The notes under the pieces were generated by a model. That model did not search any database. It saw nothing but the letters and a program-made list of their open reading frames with translations, and had not been told where the DNA came from. From Acidobacteriaceae bacterium (GTDB taxonomy: Bacteria > Acidobacteriota > Terriglobia > Terriglobales > Acidobacteriaceae), in contig DATCDL010000362.1 in assembly GCA_036510715.1 (NCBI GenBank), positions 1 through 36,087 on the forward strand: a DNA stretch of 36,087 nucleotides, given 5' to 3'. Position 1 is the first letter of the stretch; every line of letters starts with the position of its first letter. The translations under genes and the position numbers were made by a program. Of this stretch, positions 1 to 8,130 are shown in pieces.

Positions 1-1
1 C

Positions 2-1780
2 TTCACCCTCGTGGGAGGCGCGTTGCCGGCGACGCTGAGCCCGAACCAGACTCTGACGCTGCAGGTGCAGTTCGATCCGACCACGGCAGCAGCGTTGACC
101 GGGAGTCTCACCATCAGCAGCAACTCGACTACGGGCAGCACTGCCCAGGTCGCTCTGAGTGGAACGGGGACGGCGGCGGCGAGACCGCAGTTGGCGGTGA
201 GCACGACGAGCCTGAACTTCGGCAGCGTTACGGTCAACACGGCGAAGACGCAGACCCTGACCCTGACTTCGACGGGGACGTCGGCGGTCACGGTGAACTC
301 AGCGACCATCACGGGTGCCGGCTTCACCCTCGTGGGAGGCGCGTTGCCGGCGACGCTGAGCCCGAATCAGACGCTGACGCTGCAGGTGCAGTTCGATCCG
401 ACCATGGCAGCAGCGTTGACCGGAAGCCTGACCATCAGCAGCAATTCGACTACGGGCGGCACTGCCCAGGTAGTTTTGAGTGGTACAGGCACGGCGGCAG
501 CGAGCCCGCAGTTGGCGGTAAGCACGACGAGCCTGAACTTCGGCAGTCAAACAGTCAACACGGCGAAGACGCAGACCCTGACCCTGACCTCGACGGGGAC
601 GTCGGCGGTCACGGTGAACTCAGCGACCATCACAGGTGCCGGCTTCACCCTCGTGGGAGGCGCGTTGCCGGCGACGCTGAGCCCGAACCAGACTCTGACG
701 CTGCAGGTGCAGTTCGATCCGACCACGGCCGCAGCGTTGACCGGAAGTCTCACCATCAGCAGCAATTCGACTACGGGCGGCACTGCCCAGGTCGCTCTGA
801 GTGGAACGGGGACGGCGGCGGCGAGCCCGCAGTTGGCGGTAAGCGCGACCAGCCTGAACTTCGGCAGCGACACGGTCAACACGGGGAAGACGCTGACGTT
901 GACCCTGACCTCGACGGGGACGCTGGCGGTGACGGTGAACTCAGGAGCCATCACGGGCTCGGGCTTCACCATCACCGGAGGCACGTTGCCTGCGACGCTG
1001 GCACCGAATCAAACGCTGACCCTGCAGGTGCAGTTCAAGCCGCCCACCACCGGAGCTCTAATAGGGCAACTTGCGATCAGCAGCAACTCGACTACGGGCA
1101 GCACTGCCCAGGTCGCTCTGAGTGGAACGGGGACGGCAGCAGCGAGCCCGCAGTTGGCGGTAAGCACCACGAGCCTGAACTTCGGCAGTCAAACGGTCAA
1201 CACGGCGAAGACGCAAACCCTAACCCTGACCTCGACGGGGACGTCGGCGGTGACGGTGAACTCGGCGGCCATCACGGGCGCTGGCTTCACCATCGTCGCT
1301 GCGAGCTTTCCGGTAACGCTAACCCCCGGCCAATCGTTGACGCTGCAGATCCAGTTCGATCCGGCCACGGCAGCAGCGTTGACGGGGACCCTCACGATCA
1401 GCAGCAACTCGACGACCGGGAGTACAGCCACGGTAGCTCTGAGTGGCACGGGCGCGGCGTCAACAGATCCCCAGCTGGCGGTGAGCACGACGACCTTGAA
1501 CTTCGGCAGTCAAACGGTCAACACAGCGAAGACCCTGACGCTGACGCTGACCTCGACCGGCACGTCGGCGGTGACGGTGAACTCAGCAGCCATCACAGGT
1601 GCCGGCTTCACCCTCGTCGGAGGCACGTTGCCGGCGACGCTGAGCCCGAACCAGACTCTGACGCTGCAGGTGCAGTTCGATCCGACCACGGCAGCAGCCC
1701 TAACCGGAACCCTCACCATTAGCAGCAACTCGACGACCGGGAGTACGGCCACGGTAGCACTGAGCGGTACGGGCACAGCA
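2..1780 (+). repeat. Intragenic tandem repeat, 321-bp (107-aa) unit, about 5.5 copies visible
   Basis: The TTCACC (FT) anchor recurs at 2, 323, 644, 965, 1286 and 1607, an exact 321-bp period. The first three units are nearly identical at DNA level. Confidence 0.95.
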
Positions 1781-2029
1781 GTCACGTATTCGGTCGACCT
1801 CAGTTGGACCGCACCCGTGAACTCGCCCGTACTGGTGATAGGCTACAACATCTATCGGATGATAAGTGGTGGGACTCTTGCGTTGCTGAACTCCTCGACG
1901 GATTCGGCGACCGACTATGTGGATAGCACAGTCGCGAATGGTACTACCTACAACTACGTAGTGAAAAGCGTCGATTCGGGCGGGGGAGAGAGCGTTGCGT
2001 CAAACGAGATCACAGTGGTCATTCCGTAA
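2..2029 (+). CDS. Large repetitive surface/secreted protein (5'-truncated) with tandem Ig-like choice-of-anchor-D/ASH-type domains and a C-terminal FN3-like domain
   Basis: The frame is open from the window edge. The Thr/Ser/Gly/Ala-rich unit PQLAVSTTSLNFGS...LTLTSTGTSAVTV...FDPT...LTISSN...VALSGTG recurs. The C-terminus VDLSWTAP...GYNIYR...YVDSTV.NGTTYNYVVKSVD...ES.ASN is a typical FN3 pattern. Confidence 0.85.
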   Translation, partial: FTLVGGALPATLSPNQTLTLQVQFDPTTAAALTGSLTISSNSTTGSTAQVALSGTGTAAARPQLAVSTTSLNFGSVTVNTAKTQTLTLTSTGTSAVTVNSATITGAGFTLVGGALPATLSPNQTLTLQVQFDPTMAAALTGSLTISSNSTTGGTAQVVLSGTGTAAASPQLAVSTTSLNFGSQTVNTAKTQTLTLTSTGTSAVTVNSATITGAGFTLVGGALPATLSPNQTLTLQVQFDPTTAAALTGSLTISSNSTTGGTAQVALSGTGTAAASPQLAVSATSLNFGSDTVNTGKTLTLTLTSTGTLAVTVNSGAITGSGFTITGGTLPATLAPNQTLTLQVQFKPPTTGALIGQLAISSNSTTGSTAQVALSGTGTAAASPQLAVSTTSLNFGSQTVNTAKTQTLTLTSTGTSAVTVNSAAITGAGFTIVAASFPVTLTPGQSLTLQIQFDPATAAALTGTLTISSNSTTGSTATVALSGTGAASTDPQLAVSTTTLNFGSQTVNTAKTLTLTLTSTGTSAVTVNSAAITGAGFTLVGGTLPATLSPNQTLTLQVQFDPTTAAALTGTLTISSNSTTGSTATVALSGTGTAVTYSVDLSWTAPVNSPVLVIGYNIYRMISGGTLALLNSSTDSATDYVDSTVANGTTYNYVVKSVDSGGGESVASNEITVVIP

Positions 2030-2468
2030 CTTCTGAAGCAATCTTGCGCCCGTGATCGGCTAGGACTGGCCGTCTCCAAACCATTGCAGCCTCCAGGGTT
2101 ACAACCTCCTGTCGAATCACGAAGAATGCCATCGCTGGTCCGGGTACTCTCGCCGAAAATGATGATCCGGCAGGTAACCAGAGCCTCGGTAGACCTGACC
2201 GCAGCCTGATCCAACTTAAGCCTATTTTCGACGGGTAGCCGACGGCCGATCCTCCTCCGCTCGTCCATCGCCGTGGCTCCACGGCACATCCCAAACTTCT
2301 CTACCTGAACGGCTCCTTTATGGCTCGGCAATCGGTTTGAAACCTTTGCTGGCCTGCTCGGCGTGGCGATTGAGTTGGGCGCAGCCATGTTCGTCAAAAC
2401 GGCAACTGAATCCTCCCCATCAGGCCTCATAGGATCCTCCAGAAATACTAAGTACTTAGCAAAAGGTA

Positions 2469-2496
2469 TGCAAGTCACTGTTACGTATGTATGCAA
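2469..2496 (+). promoter_or_regulatory. Putative upstream activator (enhancer) site, copy 1
   Basis: TGCAAGT-cac-TGTTAC-gta-TGTATGCAA matches 10603-10628 (TGCAAGT-tct-TGTTAC-t-TGTATGCAA). Both start 143 bp upstream of the GG of a -24/-12 motif. Confidence 0.55.
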
Positions 2497-2610
2497 TCCG
2501 CTGCCATTTTTGGAGCGAGAACGTACGACCAAAGTAATCACGGCTTGCAAATTTCCAAAGAAATGGTCAATAAGCCATACTAGCGGGACTTTTTGTTGAT
2601 TGCACCCAAT

Positions 2611-2626
2611 AGGCCCTTGTCGTGCA
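2611..2626 (+). promoter_or_regulatory. Putative sigma-54 (-24/-12) promoter of operon 1
   Basis: AGGC-CCTTGTC-GTGCA has GG-N10-GC spacing. It is a weaker match to TGGCAC-N5-TTGCW but is positionally equivalent to the better copy at 10745. Confidence 0.5.
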
Positions 2627-2663
2627 GCACATTAGGCAGGCAGATCCCAGAGTCGTTCGAAGA

Positions 2664-2711
2664 CTGAGTCGCCGAGAAAAAAGCGAGGGCTGTAGCCCAC
2701 AGGGCGAAGCT
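2664..2711 (+). promoter_or_regulatory. Conserved leader element with ops-like hairpin, copy 1 (candidate UpxY loading/pause site)
   Basis: 44/48 identical to 10797-10844, with the last 33 nt identical (AAAAGCGAGGGCTGTAGCCCACAGGGCGAAGCT). The core GGCTGTAG differs by one base from ops GGCGGTAG. It lies in the 5' UTR of the antiterminator gene. Confidence 0.75.
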
Positions 2712-2769
2712 GTGCCTTTCTATGGGTTTGTCGGAGATGTCGCCCTGTAATAAGGAGAGGTGAAGCAAA

Positions 2770-3396
2770 ATGCTGACTTCGCAGAGTATTGACGCCGGAA
2801 CGCACGATTCCTCAGACTGGTGGGCGCTCTACACTCGCCATCAGCACGAAAAGACGGTGGCGACGATGCTGTCGGCAAAGGGCTTCGAGGTGTTTCTGCC
2901 ACTCTACGAGTCAACGCGGCGCTGGAAAGACAGAAGTAAACTGATTACGCTTCCGCTGTTCCCCTGCTATGTATTTCTCCGGGGAGGGCTCGATCGCCGG
3001 CTGCAGGTCGTGACGACCCCAGGAGTTCACATGATCCTGCTCCGCGGCGAATGCGTCGCGGTCATCCCGGAAGCTGAGATTCAGGCAATTCGAAGGGCAG
3101 TTGAAGGGCCCTTCCGCATAGAACCACATCCCTTCCTGAAGTGTGGCGAGCGGGTTCGCGTCACTCGAGGCCCCCTCGAGGGCGTCGAAGGGATTCTGGT
3201 TCGCAAGAAAAATCTGTATCGCCTGGTCCTTTCTGTGGACATGATGGCGAAGTCCGTTGCGATGGAAATTGATGCCACCGATGTGGAACCTGTGACAGCG
3301 CAGGGCTTCGCAGACGCGTTCCCGCCCGTTCAAGCCACAGGAGCGGGAAGGTTTGGTGAAACGGTACTTCATAGCGGCCAGCAAATAGCTAACTAA
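2770..3396 (+). CDS. UpxY/RfaH-like NusG-paralog transcription antiterminator
   Basis: The NGN domain is WWALYTRHQHEK..FLPLY...RRWKDR....PLFPCYVF and the KOW domain is GERVRVTRGPLEGVEGILV. RBS AAGGAGAGG at 2752-2760. It is the first gene of a polysaccharide operon. Confidence 0.92.
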   Translation: MLTSQSIDAGTHDSSDWWALYTRHQHEKTVATMLSAKGFEVFLPLYESTRRWKDRSKLITLPLFPCYVFLRGGLDRRLQVVTTPGVHMILLRGECVAVIPEAEIQAIRRAVEGPFRIEPHPFLKCGERVRVTRGPLEGVEGILVRKKNLYRLVLSVDMMAKSVAMEIDATDVEPVTAQGFADAFPPVQATGAGRFGETVLHSGQQIAN

Positions 3397-3419
3397 CGTT
3401 CGATACGAGCCGATCAGGT

Positions 3420-4208
3420 TTGAATGAACCCGGCCAGAAAATTGCATTACTGTCGCAGACCAGGGTATCCAGGATGCACCCTCACCAATTCACATCTCGC
3501 ATCGTGGCATCCTGTTCTGACTCGCTCAGAACTTCGACAGGATTTGTTTTGAAAGGTAACGCAACTCGCCTAATCAAATCAGGACTCCTCTTGACTGTTC
3601 TTTCCGGTTCTCTGCTGGGACAAGTGGCTACCCACAGTAAGGCTACTCGCGGATTCCCGGTAGCTACGATGGCGGCCTCGGCCGCACAGCCACTCGCACA
3701 ATCGGGCAACAAGCCACATGACGATAGCTTCGTCATTGGTAATGATGACGTCCTGGCGATCAATGTCTGGAAGGAATCTGACATCTCTCGGTCGATTCAG
3801 GTGCGATCGGATGGGAAAATTTCGTTGCCCTTGGTAGGAGAGGTTCAGGCAGCCGGTCGAACCCCCTTGCAACTCGAGCAGGATATTGCTGCGAAACTCC
3901 GAAACTACATCACCAACCCAGTAGTTACGATCATGGTCGAGCAGATTAACAGCGAGAAATTCAACATCCTTGGACAGGTCGTAAAGCCGGGATCATACTC
4001 ACTTACGCTGGCGCCAACGGTTGTGGATGCAATTGCGATTGCCGGTGGTCCCCGAGATTTCGCCAAGCAAAAAAGTATTTACATCCTGCGACAGAATGTT
4101 GGCGGCGGTGAGTTCCGGATTGTCTTCAATTACAAGAACTTCATTAAAGGAAAGAATTCACAGCAGAACGTCCAGCTTAGGCCGCACGACACAGTCGTCG
4201 TACCTTGA
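3420..4208 (+). CDS. Polysaccharide export (OPX/Wza-family) protein, short form with Poly_export and one SLBB domain; start codon uncertain
   Basis: PES motif FVIGNDDVLAINVW...VRSDGKISLPLVGEVQAAGRT; SLBB ILGQVVKPGSY...DAIAIAGG. It ends at LRPHDTVVVP with no C-terminal amphipathic helix. Confidence 0.9.
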   Translation: MNEPGQKIALLSQTRVSRMHPHQFTSRIVASCSDSLRTSTGFVLKGNATRLIKSGLLLTVLSGSLLGQVATHSKATRGFPVATMAASAAQPLAQSGNKPHDDSFVIGNDDVLAINVWKESDISRSIQVRSDGKISLPLVGEVQAAGRTPLQLEQDIAAKLRNYITNPVVTIMVEQINSEKFNILGQVVKPGSYSLTLAPTVVDAIAIAGGPRDFAKQKSIYILRQNVGGGEFRIVFNYKNFIKGKNSQQNVQLRPHDTVVVP

Positions 4209-5548
4209 AGGCTTTCATGCTTAAATGTGTATGTCTTTTTCTCGCAATACTCGTGGCGACCCCGGTCTGGTCTCAGGCCACACCGGATGAGGAAACCCGA
4301 ATGCTGATACCCCCGCCTGTGAGCGCTGAAGCCTATCCGACAACGGTCGGAGATGAAGAACGGTCAAATTATCTGGCCACCGGTTTGATCCTCAATACCG
4401 CATACGATGACAATATCCTCGCAGGCGGAAGTACCAATCCGATTCATGACGTTACTTACTCAGTTTGGCCCACGTTTACGCTGAACCTGACAACCCCACG
4501 GCAAAAGCGGACGCTGACGTATAGTCCAGGCTTCACCTTCTATCAGCACACCACCGCTCTCAATGCAGCAGATCAGAATGCAGCACTGAATTTTCAATAC
4601 CGTCTGAGCCCATATACGACCTTAAACATAAACGACTCCTTTCAGAAGATCTCGAATGTGTTCAATCAGCCCAATCCTCTTTCTGGGGTCGCGATATCGG
4701 GTTCAGCGCAGGCTCAACCAACAGGGGTTGTCGCTCCTTTCGCTGAACAACTCAGTAATACCGCGAATATGGGACTAAGTTATCAATTCAGTATGAATAG
4801 CATGATGGGCTTTGGAGGGATTATCACTCAAAGTCATTACCCCAATCCAGCCGAAGCCTCAGGTCTCTACGACTCGAACTCGCGCGGAGGTTCGGTTTTC
4901 TACAGCCAACGTTTGTCCAGTACCCAGTATGTTGGTTTGACCTATCAGTATTTAGAAAGTCAGAGTAAGCCTGTAAACGCCCAGGCCAATCCAGCGAATT
5001 CACAGACTGAGGTGCAGACCCATACCCTGTTGCCTTTTTACACGGTCTATTTGAATCCAAGGCTTTCCTTCTCTTTCTCAGGTGGTCCGCAACACGTTGA
5101 CGCCACCCAATCTCTCTCGGCACCGTTCCGCTCGTGGATGCCCTCTGCGATGGCAAGCATCGGATGGCAAAGGAGCCATACAAATCTTGTGGCCAGTTAC
5201 TCGCGAACGGTTACTGGGAGCACGGGCCTGTCTGGGGCGTTCACTTCGAGTAGCGCAAATGCCTCTGTACGCTGGCAGATGACACGCGCCTGGATCATAG
5301 GGTCTGCGGCGAGTTATGTGATCAACAAGAACGTTATCCATTTGTTCTCTCCGTATCTTCCGGGGGGACACACTGTTTCAGGAGCCGTCTCTGCTGAGCA
5401 CTCGATAAGCGATCACTTCAAGGCAGAACTTGGCTACGTCCGACTGCACCAGAGTTATAGCCGCATTGCGGTGATTTCCAACTCTCCTGATAGCAATCGC
5501 GAGTTCATCTCCGTCTCCTACCAGTTCACAAGGCCATTAGGAAGATGA
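4205..5548 (+). CDS. Putative outer-membrane beta-barrel protein, probable partner of the short OPX protein
   Basis: Signal peptide (LFLAILVATPVWS-Q). Ser/Thr/Tyr-rich alternating strands, early YDDNI motif and terminal strand FISVSYQF. Overlaps the OPX gene and the co-polymerase gene. Confidence 0.7.
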   Translation: MKAFMLKCVCLFLAILVATPVWSQATPDEETRMLIPPPVSAEAYPTTVGDEERSNYLATGLILNTAYDDNILAGGSTNPIHDVTYSVWPTFTLNLTTPRQKRTLTYSPGFTFYQHTTALNAADQNAALNFQYRLSPYTTLNINDSFQKISNVFNQPNPLSGVAISGSAQAQPTGVVAPFAEQLSNTANMGLSYQFSMNSMMGFGGIITQSHYPNPAEASGLYDSNSRGGSVFYSQRLSSTQYVGLTYQYLESQSKPVNAQANPANSQTEVQTHTLLPFYTVYLNPRLSFSFSGGPQHVDATQSLSAPFRSWMPSAMASIGWQRSHTNLVASYSRTVTGSTGLSGAFTSSSANASVRWQMTRAWIIGSAASYVINKNVIHLFSPYLPGGHTVSGAVSAEHSISDHFKAELGYVRLHQSYSRIAVISNSPDSNREFISVSYQFTRPLGR

Positions 5549-7128
5549 TCATGGAAGAAACCTACGAGGAACAGAGCTCCGAAGGACTCGATATCCAGCG
5601 TTACCTACAGTTAGTCAAGCGCCACCATATCCACTTCCTGATACCGCTATTTCTGGGATGGCTTATGGTATGGGGTGCAAGCTGGGTTTTGCCGGCACGC
5701 TATAAGTCAAACACGCTGATCCTAGTGGAGCAGCCCACGATGCCGAAAAATTATGTCGAGTCAAATGTCAACGACGATTTGCAGAATCGACTTCAAAGTA
5801 TTACGCAACAGATTCTGAGCCGCACCCGCCTTCTTCTGATCATTGATAAGTTGCATCTCTACGGCGACAGTCGACGTCACCTCACTCCAGATGAAAAAGT
5901 CGAACTCATGCGCAAAGACATAGACATCGTGCTCGTGCGTGACTCTCACGATGACCAGATCACAGCATTCAAAATCAGCTATTCGACTCGTGATTCTCAT
6001 GTTGCTCAGCAGGTAACTCGCGAATTGTCGAGCCTGTTTATCACGGACAATTTGCAAGTACGCCAGCAACAGTCCGAAGCCACAACAAAGTTTCTCGAGA
6101 GCCAGTTGGAAGATGCGCGAGCGAGCCTTGCCGACCAGGAAGCGAAGGTTCGAGATTTCAAAGGGAAGCATGAAGGTGAATTGCCTTCTCAGGAAGCGAG
6201 CAACCTCCAAATTCTCAGCGGCCTTCAGGCGCAGCTACAGAACGAACAGGATACTCTCAACACCGCAAAACAGCAGCGGGTCTATCTCCAGACACTCATA
6301 GAGCAATACCGAACTCTCCATTCGAACCCTGGGAGTGCCGACAGTACGCCGACTGGCGATCAGAACATCGATCGACTAAAGTCAAAGCTCGCAGACCTTA
6401 GGTCTCGCTACACCGACAATTACCCGGAAGTCGAGAACCTGAAAGACGAGATAACCAAGGCCGAAAGGACGAGAGACACCATCAATGCTGAGCCGAAGAC
6501 ACTACGCAATGGTGTGAGACAGTTCGACGCAACAGATGCTTCAAAGAATTCGGCGGCCTTGCAACTGCAAGGCCAGTTACAAGCCAACCAGGTAGAGATT
6601 GCGAATCGCGGGCAAGCAATTACTGAGCTAAAAGCAAGAGTCAACGGCTATCAGGATCGCTTGAACACTGAACCGGCGAGCGAGGAGCAGTTAGCAGATC
6701 TGACCCGTGGCTATGATCAATCCAAGGCTAATTACGACGATCTGTTAAAGAAGGAAAACGAATCGGAGATGGCGACTAGCATGGAACAAATGCAGCAAGG
6801 TGAGCGGTTCAGCATCCTTGATCCACCTAGCTTACCGTTGAAGCCGGAATTTCCTAACCGTCTTAAATTCTGTGGCGCCGGGTTGGGTCTCGGCCTCGTT
6901 TTGGGCCTCATTGTGGCGGGTGGATTTGAATATATGGATGACCGTTTGCATAGTGAGAAGGAAATAAAGCTCCTGCTTCCAGTAGCGATCCTATCGGAAA
7001 TTCCTGAGATTGTGAGTCCATTGGATGAACGAATCAGTAAGAAAAGAATGGTCTTGGGATGGACCATGGCTGCATTAGCCTTCGCTGCCATTCTGGCTGG
7101 TTCTGCGGTCAGCTATCTACACGATTAG
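5545..7128 (+). CDS. Polysaccharide co-polymerase / chain-length determinant (GumC/Wzc N-terminal part)
   Basis: N-terminal TM, then LPARYKS..LILVE and ILSRTRL, a long coiled coil, the FSILDPPSLPLKPEFPNR motif and C-terminal TMs. Confidence 0.9.
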   Translation: MIMEETYEEQSSEGLDIQRYLQLVKRHHIHFLIPLFLGWLMVWGASWVLPARYKSNTLILVEQPTMPKNYVESNVNDDLQNRLQSITQQILSRTRLLLIIDKLHLYGDSRRHLTPDEKVELMRKDIDIVLVRDSHDDQITAFKISYSTRDSHVAQQVTRELSSLFITDNLQVRQQQSEATTKFLESQLEDARASLADQEAKVRDFKGKHEGELPSQEASNLQILSGLQAQLQNEQDTLNTAKQQRVYLQTLIEQYRTLHSNPGSADSTPTGDQNIDRLKSKLADLRSRYTDNYPEVENLKDEITKAERTRDTINAEPKTLRNGVRQFDATDASKNSAALQLQGQLQANQVEIANRGQAITELKARVNGYQDRLNTEPASEEQLADLTRGYDQSKANYDDLLKKENESEMATSMEQMQQGERFSILDPPSLPLKPEFPNRLKFCGAGLGLGLVLGLIVAGGFEYMDDRLHSEKEIKLLLPVAILSEIPEIVSPLDERISKKRMVLGWTMAALAFAAILAGSAVSYLHD

Positions 7129-7140
7129 GTTCAGCTCCCT

Positions 7141-8130
7141 ATGTACAAAGCATTCTTTAATCTAACGCGCAATCCATTCGAGCTCACACCTAATCCCACT
7201 TGCTTTGTCCCGACCAAGCGGCACAGCGAAGCGCTGACGGCGCTTTACTATGGCATACGGCAACACAAGGGTTTTGTTGTGTTGACTGGAGAGGTGGGCA
7301 CCGGAAAGACCCTTCTGCTCCGGTGTTTGCTCGCGCTCTTAAAGGAGAGCAAAGATATTGCCTACGCATATCTATTTAATGGGCGGCTTTCTCCTACTGA
7401 GTTCCTACAGTACATTGTCTCCGACTTCAGGCTTCCGGTTACCGGTAAAAACAAAAGCGATCTATTGTTTGATCTCGGTCAGTTCTTAGGCTCGCGAGGC
7501 TCACAGAAAATGACTACCGTGCTCATAGTAGATGAGGCACACCATTTGTCCGAGGACATTCTTGAGGAACTCCGTCTTCTATCGAACCTTGAAACAGACG
7601 ATGACAAATTGTTGCAGATTGTATTGGTGGGACAGCCCGAACTTGACGAGAAGCTGGATTCTGTCGGACTTAGACAACTCAAACAAAGAATCGCGGTTCG
7701 CACGCAGCTTGGTTCGCTGGATGCTGAGGAGACGAAGCGATACATCGAGCAGCGATTGCAGATTGCTGGAGCAGACTTATCCGCTGATCCACTATTCTCT
7801 GCTCAAACCATTACGGCAGTGCATCGCCATTCGAAAGGCCTGCCGCGCCTGATTAACACAATTTGCGACAATGCCCTGATGACCGCCTATGCGAGAGGAC
7901 TGCAAAGCGTCACTCCGGAAGTCATAGGAGATGTGGCAAAAGAGTTTCGCCTCGATATGGTTGGCCCGCCTGACGCTGCAAGAAGCAAGCTTTCCAGTGA
8001 GATGGATGTCCAACGGATCACAAACCTGCTGCTTGATTTGTACGCAGCCATGCGACGACCAATCGCAAGCGATACAGACTTGGGCGCATCTGCAGCCATC
8101 GAAGTGAGCAAACATGAGCCATATATTTGA
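7141..8130 (+). CDS. ExeA-family AAA ATPase (similar to the ATPase associated with EPS/PEP-CTERM loci)
   Basis: MYKAFFNLTRNPF start, Walker A GEVGTGKT, Walker B LIVDEAH, LVGQPEL, LRQLKQRI and GLPRLINTICDNAL. Confidence 0.92.
   Translation: MYKAFFNLTRNPFELTPNPTCFVPTKRHSEALTALYYGIRQHKGFVVLTGEVGTGKTLLLRCLLALLKESKDIAYAYLFNGRLSPTEFLQYIVSDFRLPVTGKNKSDLLFDLGQFLGSRGSQKMTTVLIVDEAHHLSEDILEELRLLSNLETDDDKLLQIVLVGQPELDEKLDSVGLRQLKQRIAVRTQLGSLDAEETKRYIEQRLQIAGADLSADPLFSAQTITAVHRHSKGLPRLINTICDNALMTAYARGLQSVTPEVIGDVAKEFRLDMVGPPDAARSKLSSEMDVQRITNLLLDLYAAMRRPIASDTDLGASAAIEVSKHEPYI

Noticed and set aside
299-1785. Several minus-strand ORFs with repeated sequence
   Set aside because: They are antisense shadows of the repeat protein's codon pattern.
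1954-2768. ORFs in the gap before upxY (1954-2550 -, 2019-2294 -, 2363-2599 +, 2580-2768 -)
   Set aside because: No recognisable motifs or RBS, and they overlap the putative promoter module.
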